Shown here: one piece after another, positions 34,079 through 44,600 of the stretch
Layout of the letters: every line of letters begins with the position of its first letter
How positions within the stretch are numbered: the stretch's first letter is position 1
Assembly: GCA_000165345.1 (NCBI GenBank)
Contig: CM000436.1
Span: 224,001 to 288,000 of the forward strand
DNA length: 64,000 nt
Direction: 5' to 3'
Notes under the pieces: generated by a model
What the model was told of the DNA's origin: nothing
What the model saw: the letters and a program-made list of their open reading frames with translations, nothing else
Databases searched by the model: none
Made by a program: the position numbers and the translations under genes

Positions 34079-35656
34079 TTAAAATAGCCTATAGATATAT
34101 GAATTAGACTGAGTAACATATCTTACCCATCTATAGTTATTTTGCTGTCCATATTTCTCTGAAATCTTTAGATACTTAACTTGTATGTTAGAAAGGTTAA
34201 ACATTGGGATTTCGAAGTTGAGGAAGAGAGGACCAATTTTTTTTCTTATAGAATTTAAATCGGTTTCAAAAGAAAGGCAGATCTTTGATTTTAAAATAAT
34301 CTCTGTGCCACCATGAATCTTCTTGATTTTCCAGATAATCCTCTGGTTCTTATCATCATATTGAGAAGTTTGTTGAACTGGAATAAGAGGATGGATAGTT
34401 TCTAAGGAAACTGTATTGGTTTTTTCTGGTAGTGGACATAGCATAGTTAGATTTGTAGCAAAAGATGATTCAGGAATATCAACCTTAAGTTTAATAACAA
34501 AGTCAAATTTGGATGAATTCTTTTTTGAATTACCCGAAGCCTCAATCAAAGTTGTGAATTTAAAAGGTATATTAAGGGTGCCTTTTGAGATTCTATAATT
34601 CATTACAATAATTTCACCTTCTGGAGGCTTTAATGTAAGTACTTTATCATTTAAAAACTCATTCACATTAACGCTTTCATGGAAATTACAATCATCAATT
34701 ATAGTACTTGGGGCATAGTTGAAAAGATTATTAGATTCTGAAGGGCTGAGTTCGTCATCCTCTTTTAAAACGATACTATTAGAAAACCCTAAAGTAAGTT
34801 CAGGTTGACCTATTAAATAACTTTTCATAAGTATTCCTCCTTCAATATTAAAGCGAGAAATTTCACCCAAATGATTTAAAACCAAGCTAATTCTCTCAAA
34901 TATATCCACAAAAACCTCATTATTTCTGTCAACACATGGACCTGTATTTCCAAGAAAAGTCATTACCTTATTTTCTGCTGAATTATTGGAAACTGTAGTC
35001 ATTGGATTTATTGGTCTCTGAGAAGCATTACTAGAAATAGTTTTTGGACCACTAAAGTTGTTTGTATTATTTGAAATATTACCATGATTTTGTGTAGGTT
35101 TGCCACTAGAAGAAGGAAAGATTCCAATTGGAAGCATGGATAAACCTCCTGATACAGTACTAGTTAATCCAAGTATTTGATTTGTACCAAAAACTTCATT
35201 TCTTCTATTAAAGTTCTCAGAGCTTAGGACTTTTGTTTCGTTATATACACAATATTTAAGTTGATTTGTACTAACTATTTGAGGGTATCCATAGTCAATT
35301 ATTTCGTCAATTAATTCATAAACAAGGATAAAATTTCGTCTTATTGAATCCTCGTTAACTGTCCCACAGAAATCTCTAACTAACTTGATTATTCTGTACA
35401 AAAGTTCAATAATGTATGTTGGACTTACATCATAATAGCTAGTTAATACAAAGAAAAGACTGCTTTGGCGTAGATATATATATATCTGTTCTTCAAAGTA
35501 GATTACTGTTGGTTCATCACTGTTTCCCTGCTTGATTTTTTTGTAGAACACATCTTGAATTTTGATAAGACTCTCACTTAAGCTTTTCTCTCCACGGAAA
35601 TCCCTAAATATGATTGTATCTCCCCTCACATTTAAGATTAAAAACTGGCTGATCAT
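34079..35656 (-). CDS. adaptor-protein complex mu subunit, AP-4 mu-like. ORF track start 35680 is GTG; first ATG is 35656.
   Basis: The N-terminus MISQFLILNVRGDTIIFRDFRGE matches AP4M1 [23 protein letters not shown]. The longin-like N-domain then RNFILVYELIDEIIDYGYPQ match AP4M1 [20 protein letters not shown]. A C-terminal mu-homology domain follows. An N/S-rich insertion is present. Confidence 0.75.
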   Translation of the reverse strand: MISQFLILNVRGDTIIFRDFRGEKSLSESLIKIQDVFYKKIKQGNSDEPTVIYFEEQIYIYLRQSSLFFVLTSYYDVSPTYIIELLYRIIKLVRDFCGTVNEDSIRRNFILVYELIDEIIDYGYPQIVSTNQLKYCVYNETKVLSSENFNRRNEVFGTNQILGLTSTVSGGLSMLPIGIFPSSSGKPTQNHGNISNNTNNFSGPKTISSNASQRPINPMTTVSNNSAENKVMTFLGNTGPCVDRNNEVFVDIFERISLVLNHLGEISRFNIEGGILMKSYLIGQPELTLGFSNSIVLKEDDELSPSESNNLFNYAPSTIIDDCNFHESVNVNEFLNDKVLTLKPPEGEIIVMNYRISKGTLNIPFKFTTLIEASGNSKKNSSKFDFVIKLKVDIPESSFATNLTMLCPLPEKTNTVSLETIHPLIPVQQTSQYDDKNQRIIWKIKKIHGGTEIILKSKICLSFETDLNSIRKKIGPLFLNFEIPMFNLSNIQVKYLKISEKYGQQNNYRWVRYVTQSNSYIYRLF

Positions 35657-35827
35657 TCCTTCCTTCTCTATTTTCTTCACTCTAAATGTGTCGTAAAAAC
35701 ACCAGAATAGCTTTATTACATTCCATTACAATACCTTTTTTTTCTGTTGAGTGAACCCCACTTTAGTCTTAAATTCTCTCTTCTTTAAAAAAAACACATA
35801 CAAAATAACATATGTTGTATGATAAAT

Positions 35828-35856
35828 TGTGGCGCTTTGGCGCCACAATTTGGCGG
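35828..35856. promoter_or_regulatory. palindromic pair of E2F-like sites (TGTGGCGC tttg GCGCCACA, then TTTGGCGG) in a divergent promoter
   Basis: A perfect 8-bp inverted repeat around GGCGC/GCGCC followed by TTTGGCGG and ACACGGTAC. It sits between the AP mu gene (minus, ATG 35656) and the 7TM gene (plus, ATG 36011). Confidence 0.5.
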
Positions 35857-36010
35857 TAAAACACGGTACTCGAATTAATTAATGCATTAATTGCAAGGAC
35901 AAAATTTCGATAATAAATAAAATGAAAAGATTGAATAGAAGAGAGATAACTTTTAAGAAAGATTTAAGTTGAATGGATTTCTTAATGAATATTCTCTGTA
36001 AGAAATAGTG

Positions 36011-38050
36011 ATGAATAAATTTAACAGACAAATTCATTTAACTGTTAAAAGTATTTTACATGTACTATTCGTTTTACAAGTGGGAATTACGTGTGTAAAA
36101 TGCATTGTGGAAAAAATTGATTCAAGAACTCCCAGTGGAACAAATGCCTATATTTGGCTAATTAAATCACCAAATATTTTATCTCAGAGTATTAATGAGC
36201 CAACAAGATATTCATATGGATTAATGAAAGGATCAATAATAAGTTTAGATCTAGAATTCGATTTTTGGGAGTATACAGAGGATAAAAATTTAGTAGATTC
36301 CAAAAATGAAACTGAAAAAAAATCATTAAAAAATAATAATAAAGAGCTAATTAGCAAAAGAAATAAAATATATAAAATAAATAAAAGTCAGTTATTAACA
36401 TCAGGAGTTCCTCTAATAAGATTTGAAGATCTTCCAATGAGTTGTGTGTTTTCTCTAAAGTCAGAGGAAGTTAATAGGCTTGTTGGAGATTTAAATATTG
36501 CAAATTCGAATGATGTTTTTATTGGTATTAAGTGGAGAAATCATAGACTAATATTAGTTTTTAAAAGATTAATTAGGCAATTAATATTGTATTGGAAAAG
36601 TATAATAAATTATTTCATGCCAAAAAGTATTTCAAAATCAATAGAAAAAAAGTGCCAGGATTATTTTTCAACAATTTTAAGAAATATCACAAATTCGACA
36701 GAATTAATAAATAGTAATATGATTTCATTAGATTCAGAAAAAAAGAGTTCAAAGAATCATTTGAATAGAGAAACATCTTATCAGGTAACTTCCATTAATA
36801 ATTTTGGTACTAATAAAGTGTTAATAAATGAAAGTAATCAAGCAAGTAAAGAGTTGAAAAATATATTTCTTTTATTATTAAATAGTGAACAACTAGCATC
36901 ATTAAACCATTCTCCAATCCAAGATTTGGCTCTCCTTTCATTTTCGGCAATTTATCCAAGATTTAACATAAGTTCTTATATTAGAAGCGTATTGAGGATT
37001 CCAATTAAAGATCGTACATTAAGACTTGAATATAAAGTTTCAAAAATGGATAGATATACATTATTAATAGTAAATGGAGATCGAATTCCACTTCATATTA
37101 AGGGAAAAGTAGTCGTAAAGAATCCATTTCCATTCAATCATCTCTCATTTGAAAGGAGAATGGATAATTTTGTGGTTGATTTCATGTTGACTTTATATAT
37201 ATCTACTATTTTAGGATATTTAATTTATTCAATATATAGTAACCAAGCTCTAGTACAGACTTATGGAAGTGTGATATATATTAAATTTAATAGTCTTCAA
37301 ATAATTGGTTTAATATTATTACTGATTAAACCAATTTGTTTATATTATGATAAATTAAATATAATTGCATTTACACAATATGGAAATGTAAAATTTTCAT
37401 CTTGGTTTATTCCAAGAATATTAATGAGAAGTTACGAGACTTTATTTATAATGTATATGTTATTAATATCACTTGGCTGGAGGGTGTTAAGAGATAGCTT
37501 ACTCTCTATGGAAGCAAAATTATTAATAGGATTCTTTACACTACTTTTTTATTTGGGAGTTTTTGAAGTAATTTTAGGAATTTTCCAAATTTCAAGGTAT
37601 ATATTCCAAGCTATTGCTTCGTTATGTATAATTATAGCAACAAATATTAATACAACTCTTCTTCAAAACACAATTTCTGATCAGTCAATTTCATCAAGGC
37701 TTGGAATTCTTTACAATATATTGGAAGCTTATTCAAATTTTAAATGGGTATTCGCTATTTTTATTCTTAAACCTTCAATTTTATTTCTATGTAGAGTTTT
37801 CACACTCCAGCCAAATGGATTTGATGATTGGATTTATACTTTTTTTGATTATATGATAGACTACAGTATTTTATTATTTATAATGTTTTTGTTCAGGCCA
37901 TTTAAATCTTTAAAACTTTTTAGTAATGTTCTAGCAAAACATAACAATGAATCGAATAACGGTAATAATCGTAATAATAGCTTTAATATAAATAGTAATA
38001 ACTTCAATAATAGCAATTTGGATGTATCAATGTGGCCAGTTATAATGTAA
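36011..38050 (+). CDS. signal peptide + luminal domain + 7-TM protein, possibly Lung-7TM receptor (GPR107/TMEM87) family. ORF track start 36008 is GTG.
   Basis: A hydrophobic N-terminal signal is followed by about 400 aa of hydrophilic domain. About 7 hydrophobic helices lie in the C-terminal 280 aa. The family call rests on architecture only. Confidence 0.35.
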   Translation: MNKFNRQIHLTVKSILHVLFVLQVGITCVKCIVEKIDSRTPSGTNAYIWLIKSPNILSQSINEPTRYSYGLMKGSIISLDLEFDFWEYTEDKNLVDSKNETEKKSLKNNNKELISKRNKIYKINKSQLLTSGVPLIRFEDLPMSCVFSLKSEEVNRLVGDLNIANSNDVFIGIKWRNHRLILVFKRLIRQLILYWKSIINYFMPKSISKSIEKKCQDYFSTILRNITNSTELINSNMISLDSEKKSSKNHLNRETSYQVTSINNFGTNKVLINESNQASKELKNIFLLLLNSEQLASLNHSPIQDLALLSFSAIYPRFNISSYIRSVLRIPIKDRTLRLEYKVSKMDRYTLLIVNGDRIPLHIKGKVVVKNPFPFNHLSFERRMDNFVVDFMLTLYISTILGYLIYSIYSNQALVQTYGSVIYIKFNSLQIIGLILLLIKPICLYYDKLNIIAFTQYGNVKFSSWFIPRILMRSYETLFIMYMLLISLGWRVLRDSLLSMEAKLLIGFFTLLFYLGVFEVILGIFQISRYIFQAIASLCIIIATNINTTLLQNTISDQSISSRLGILYNILEAYSNFKWVFAIFILKPSILFLCRVFTLQPNGFDDWIYTFFDYMIDYSILLFIMFLFRPFKSLKLFSNVLAKHNNESNNGNNRNNSFNINSNNFNNSNLDVSMWPVIM

Positions 38051-38228
38051 ACTAATTAATAATTTTAATTATTAACTTTGTAACAATATTAATTGTTTAA
38101 GGAATTTTATTTATTTATTTACATATAAATATTTTATTTATTAATTTTTTTTCCACATTAATTAATTACATGAAAATTACGTGTTTAAATGCAAATTTGC
38201 AAATTATTTTTGTTTAATTGCAATACCG

Positions 38229-38268
38229 TTGCATGCATCCATGTGGATTGAATAGCCGGTATATAATT
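38229..38268. promoter_or_regulatory. TTGCATGCATCCATGTGGAT + AGCCGGTATATAAT, with TTGGCGCCAAAA at 38495-38506
   Basis: Upstream of the Chorein-N gene ATG at 38691. Confidence 0.4.
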
Positions 38269-38690
38269 TTTAGATCAAGAAATACTTTGTAAAGAAGGAA
38301 AAAATGACATAGAGTAGAATCACTTTAAGTATTGAAATGCGTATAGGGTATGGATTTGTTTTGTTTTTTTCTTCAAGTAAAAAAAAAAAAATGGGTTTTT
38401 TAATCCTTAAAAAATTTAATTTTCAACTATAGAAAAATATTAATTATAATTAGAGAAAATCCCCCAACCGCAAATTACAAAAAAAAAAATGTATTGGCGC
38501 CAAAAGCACACAAATACTAATTAGCAACTTTTTGTATAATTTAGACCAAATAAATAATTTGAGGATTGTGCTTAGTTGTTAGATGCCATAATTAGTATAA
38601 CTTTGAGAGCACAGTATACTTCTATGATCTAGCTCTAGCATCAAAAGGTTTCCTTTAAGAGATTTTAGATTGATATGCATTCAGTTCGAG

Positions 38691-41600
38691 ATGTCTTTAA
38701 GAGAACTGGTAGTGGGATCGACTCAGATGCTTGTGGAGAGTGTATTAAGGAGGATAAATGAAAATTTGCTGAATTACTTTATCAATTTGCCAGAAAGTAT
38801 TTGGTTGAGTGGGTTTTTAGACCAAGTAAATTTGAAAGATGTAATGTTAAATACAAGAGCGTTTTCCAATGAATGGTATTCTTTAGATATACCTTTCAGA
38901 CTTAAATATGGACATATAAGAAGAGCAAGTATCCAAGTTTTGTTAGCTCACTCAAAATTGGTGATGGAAGTTGAAGGGGTTGTATTAATTGTAGGCCCAA
39001 ATTTGGCTTATAAATCATACGAGGATGTGATAAGGAATTCAATGGACAATGTATTTGGGTTGGTTGAACTATTTAAGCATATCCAAACAATTAGATACAA
39101 CAATGATAGTTTTGAGGAAGGTTTAGGATCCCAAAAAGGGGAAGTTTCTGAGAATCTACTCAATATTAACTCGTCAAGTAAAGAAGGATTAAACGCACTT
39201 CTTAGATGGCTTTTTAGGTATGTTCCTGATTTGTCCCTTAGTATTAGAAATCTTTACATTCGCTATGAAGATGATGTGTTGGATACTTCTCATCCAATGT
39301 CAGCAGGAATTCATATTAATTCTGTGACTATTAATCCCGCTAGAAACTGTTGGGAATTTCAATGGCCAACTGAAGAGAAAGAACAAGTTGGATTTACTTC
39401 AAAGGGTAGCTCAGACTCTGAGACTGATCCAACCAATTTAGGTAAAACACAGCATCCTCTTTCAATTAATAATTCTAGTGCAGATCCAAGGGGTATTTTC
39501 AGTATTAAAGTTAAAGGTTTAAGCGCCTTTTGGGATGATGAATCTGCTCCATTTATTCCTATTTCATTGCTAGAGCAAACTGAAGCTTCAAATGATAAAT
39601 TTGGAGTATTTTCAGCAGTAACTATTGATGATATCCAGAATCTAGTCAACTCTAATCTACATTATCACACAAGGATTATTTCAAATCTTAATATTTCTGC
39701 TCAGTTTGGGTTTGTAAATCCTTTCATCCACAAGCTTTCTAACGAAAAAAGTCGTCAAAGCAATGATATCAGTGCTAATGGTAGTGATAATAGTAGTAGC
39801 AATAGTATGATTAATGGTAGTAACTTTGGACAAGGCTCTTCCTCTGAACCAATATCTTCTCAAGAATCCTCGTCTTCATCGTCATCTTCTACTTCCAAAA
39901 ATTCAACTGAAAATAATGGTTATATAGCAAAAGATTATTTGAACGATTACTATACTGGTTCTAATATTGCTACATTACTGAATATTAATATACAGAGTGG
40001 ATTTGAAATTAATGTTTATCCACAAATGATTCACGGACTTGTTAGATTCGTAACTCTCTATAATCAGTTTCAATTTTGGACACAAGTAAGGAGGTTTAGA
40101 CCAATTGAAAGGCCAGGAAGTGGTAAAACTCCTGCTGAAGTCAGAGCAATTTGTAGAGATTGGTGGATCTTTAGTCTTAAATATTACAGAAATATCAAAT
40201 ACAAAGACAACAAACAAAATAGTCTTAGAGATGAAATTAACTACAGGGTTGAAAGAAAAAAATATATCAAGATTATCAAAAAATGGAAATGGATCGAATT
40301 TATGATTACTGGCCAAAAACCTATTTTGAACTCTGGGACCATTATACACAGGACTGGTACTAATGAGTATAATGCATGCAAATTTGGCGGGATGAGTGGG
40401 CCCGCCGAATTTGGCAAGATGAATGAATATGCTAAAAGTATTGGAACTTCTATTTCATTTCTGGATTCGAATTTGAATGGTAATCCAAGTTTGTCATCAA
40501 TTCTCGGTCTAAGTTCTCTTATTATTAATCATTTGGGTGTATCTTTTAATTTAAGTAGATATTGGCAATACGATGTTGAAGTCTTACAAAAGGTATCAGA
40601 GAAAAGTGATGATATGAGATGTATATTAACTGTATTGCAACACCATTCTTATTGGGTGGTATCTCAATGGCATATTTTAGCAGAACGTGAGTTTGAAATT
40701 GAGTTTGCTTTATTTCAAAATAGTTCAACTATCCAAAAAAAGCAAAAAGGAGCTATGGATACATTTTCTAATGTAAACCATAATATGGATATCAAAACTA
40801 AGAATATCTTAACTTTACTAGCTTATGGCCTTCATATTCAGACTGATTCATCAGTTTGGGAGTTAATTAGTAAGTTAAGAGATAGTTATATTGATCTTAT
40901 TAGGAGAATAACGCAAGATGACTCTTTGAGTAACCGTATTAAAGAGAGTCTTCAATCTAAATCATCACTTTTGAGTGGAGGATCAGTTTTTGAATTTAAA
41001 CTAACTTCAGGAATTCCATCAACGGTACCGACACAAATATCTAATTTTATACAAGAAAATATTGAAAGACATCCTTATGTTATTTTTGGAACAGGAATCT
41101 TTAAGAAAAGTTTAATTGAAACTGATATTTTATCTGACTTCTTTGGTGTGGGGTTGAATTCTAAGTTACTAATGAAGAGACGAGATTGGCATGCAATCAG
41201 GCTTAGGTTACATTTATGGGGGAGGTTTTATGATGAATATTTTGAAGCCTTTCCATTAGCTATTTCAGAGACTTTAGAGATTAATCAATTAATGAACTTG
41301 AGCTACCACTTAGACTTCCAGCAAATGAACAAATTGTTTAGTATTTCAATGCAAAGTGATTCTTTATGTTTCTCAACTTTAGTTTCTTCTCAGGCTACAT
41401 CTTCAAATCCTATGGAAGATATTGATATGTCAATGGGAGTTACAAATGTGACTATGGCAAGACCAAAGAGTCAACAAATATCGATCATTGAAAGAGATCC
41501 AGAGTTTTCATTATCTTTGTCATCTTCTTCAACTAAACTTGAGAAATCTGAGGAGAATAGGAATGAAATGGATCATATTGGAAAGGATAATCATACAGAT

Positions 41601-44600
41601 AAGTCTGAAATCTATAATTTGTCTAAATCAGGTATCTCTATGAATCAATTAAATAAAGAATACGCAAGTATGGAGTCTAATGAGATGGTAGAGGAGGAAA
41701 GTATTATAAATAGTACATCTGTTAAAAAGAAATCATTCAAGTTTGAGAAAAAGTTACCATATGTCTTTAAAGATTCATCAAATGTTCCAGAATGGCTGAG
41801 TGATTTGGCAGGACCTGGAATTAGCCTTCCTAAGATCATTTCAAATAAAATTATTGGGATTTGTATTCCTAAATTTGAGGTTAATATTTGTCATTTGGTT
41901 AGTGACAGTAAAAAATCTACAGGAAATGGTAAATCTGGACCAAATAATGGTGAATCCAATGTAGAAACTACAGGATTTAGCCCGAATAATTCAAATAGGA
42001 TTGATGGAATCAAAAGAAGTTACCACTCATTAGCAAGATATTTTAGTAGAAATGCTCAGGATACTGGTAATAATACTATGGTAACGAGTGTATTTACTCC
42101 AAGAAAGCTTTTTGGGATTGTGATTACTGGCTTAGGATTTAATATGAGTACATGCACAAGCCTTAGAGTAAGTTCTTGCTTTAAGAGGATGGAGTTGATA
42201 GTTTGGAACTATAATGACAGTAACTTGATGAGAGATTTCATTTCCAGTATCAAGTCGGATAGGTCAGTAAACAAGAAAATGATCAGAGATGATCAAATTG
42301 TCATATTTTCAATGTCTGATGAAAGACAAAATACTAGTAATGAATCATCATCATCATCAAATTATGTACAAAATAAGGGAAATACTTTGGGTAGTAGTAT
42401 TACAACTGTATCCGGATCTATTTCTGTATCAGGATCAGGATCTGGATCTGGATCTGGATCAAGTTCAAGGTTAGAAGTTTTGGGAATAGGAATGGGTCAA
42501 ATGAATAACTTTCCCGAAAACCCTTCAATTGAAGGAGGAGTTGATGGAAATAAAGTCCAAACTCCAAATAGAAGAGGTTCTTCAAGCTTAAATGAATATG
42601 ATAGTTCTCCATCTTTAACTCATTATGTAGACGAAGCACATGGAGGTACATTTTCGTCATATATTGTTGGAAATGGACGACAAGGTGGTTTGACATCTTC
42701 AAAAAGTGTGAGATTTGAAGATTCAAGAGGAATAAGTACTAGTTCAACTTCATTAGGAAAGAATTCTTCAGTCATTTCAGCTTCTTCTGAATTAACTAAT
42801 GAATCAAGTTTTGGTAGTATTAGAAATGATAATAATAATACAACATCAGTATCGGTACCTAGTACTATGAATAATAATCAAACAAATAGTATTATAAGAT
42901 ATATGAGAAGATGGAATTACTTGAGTTTGGTGATGTTACCACCAAATAATTCGACTAATAAAGAAAGTAAAGGAGAAGTGAGAGGAAATGGAGAATCCAA
43001 TTTTTTAAGCTTTGTATTTAAGTTACCTTTTTATTTAAAGATGGATATTAATTTGACGCCTGTAACTATTGTACTTAACGAACAGCTTCTTGATAATATT
43101 CGTGGTGAAATTTTGAAATTAATTCAGGTATGTCTATTGACTATTTGGAGTCAGTATAAAGGACTTGGAGCATTTCCAGTTACTGATGGATTTAGAGAAT
43201 TATTAGTACAAGAAGTTAGTACTAGTGGTAGTGGTAATGGATTAGTAGAGAGTTCTCGAGAAGAGAATAACTTTGAATTACTTCTTTGCCACCCTTTTAA
43301 CTTATCATTAAACAAATATAATGCTATTAATAAGTTAAATAAAATAGAATGGAATAAGATTAATTCATTATTAAATAAAGTACATGTAAGGATTTCAATT
43401 AGGTTACCTTCAGTGGAGTTATTTATGTTAAATGAATCAATCGAATATTTCCGTCAAATGGATGATGATTTATTTATTGAAAGAAATTCAGATGAAAGAT
43501 TTGAAAATGTATCATTTGATTTATCAACATCTTTTAAACTTTCTGTTGAATCTCAAACTATTTTGATTGGGACAATTATTGATAAATTACGTGGGAATAT
43601 CAATAGATTATACTTTAGAGGCTTTCAAATGAAATTCGATACTCAACAAAATATAACTAGTATAATAAGGTTATATTTGAGATTCAAGAATTTAATTTCG
43701 GATAGATACGGTAATATTATTGCTATTATGAACTTATTCAAGGATTACAAATTTGATAATATCTCTAGACACTCTCTAACAAGTTTTACTGACGAGATCT
43801 TGAGGCTTCAATGCGAAAAATTACCTGATACTAACAATATCTTGCTTAAAGAATTTACTTTAAGCTTGGATGAAAAGTCAGGTACTAAAGTTGAAAGAGA
43901 TGAGAAGAAGTCAGTGGAAGTGGAAAAAGTGGGAATGGAAGCGGAGAGAGAGGTGGAAGCAGAGAGAGAGGTGGAAACAGAAAGGGAAGTGGAGACAGAA
44001 AAGACAATGAAAACAGAGAAAGAAATGGATGTGGAAAAGGAAATTGATATGAAAAAGGGAATAGATGTGAGAAAGAAGGTGGAACTGGATAGAGCAGTGG
44101 AGACAGAGGAAAAGAGAATGGGAACGGAGGAAAAAGGAATTGAATCGAAGAAAAAAGAGTCTATAGATTCTTTATCCAAACTTCCAAGGCAAGAATATTC
44201 TCAACACACTGTCCTAATTCAACCTACAGAGCCTATTCCTGCTCCAGTTATAACATCGTATCCATCTCCAACAGTATCTCCTTGTATTTCTCCAACAATT
44301 TCTCCAACACCTATTCCATCTACATTTGTATCTCCAGCATTTTCTGTATATTCTGCTCCAAATCATTCTCAATATCCTCTTCCAACACATATTCATACTT
44401 CTGATGTTACTAATTCAGTTTTGTCCGAAGCCATAACTAGAGCAATCCCAGTAACAACACCACATGAACAGGTAATTACTACTGTCGATAACACACAAAC
44501 ATATTCTGTTAGAGAGGTTAGAACAGAAGACAATGAAATTCGCCGTTCTTCTCAGTATAATAGTGCTAATGTGAAGCCAATAAACTTGCATGAAAACCAA

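Noticed and set aside
42432-42461. Regularly spaced ggatct repeats that could be mistaken for a CRISPR-like or direct-repeat array
   Set aside because: It is a 6-bp coding microsatellite, (GS)n, inside a eukaryotic gene, with no spacers.
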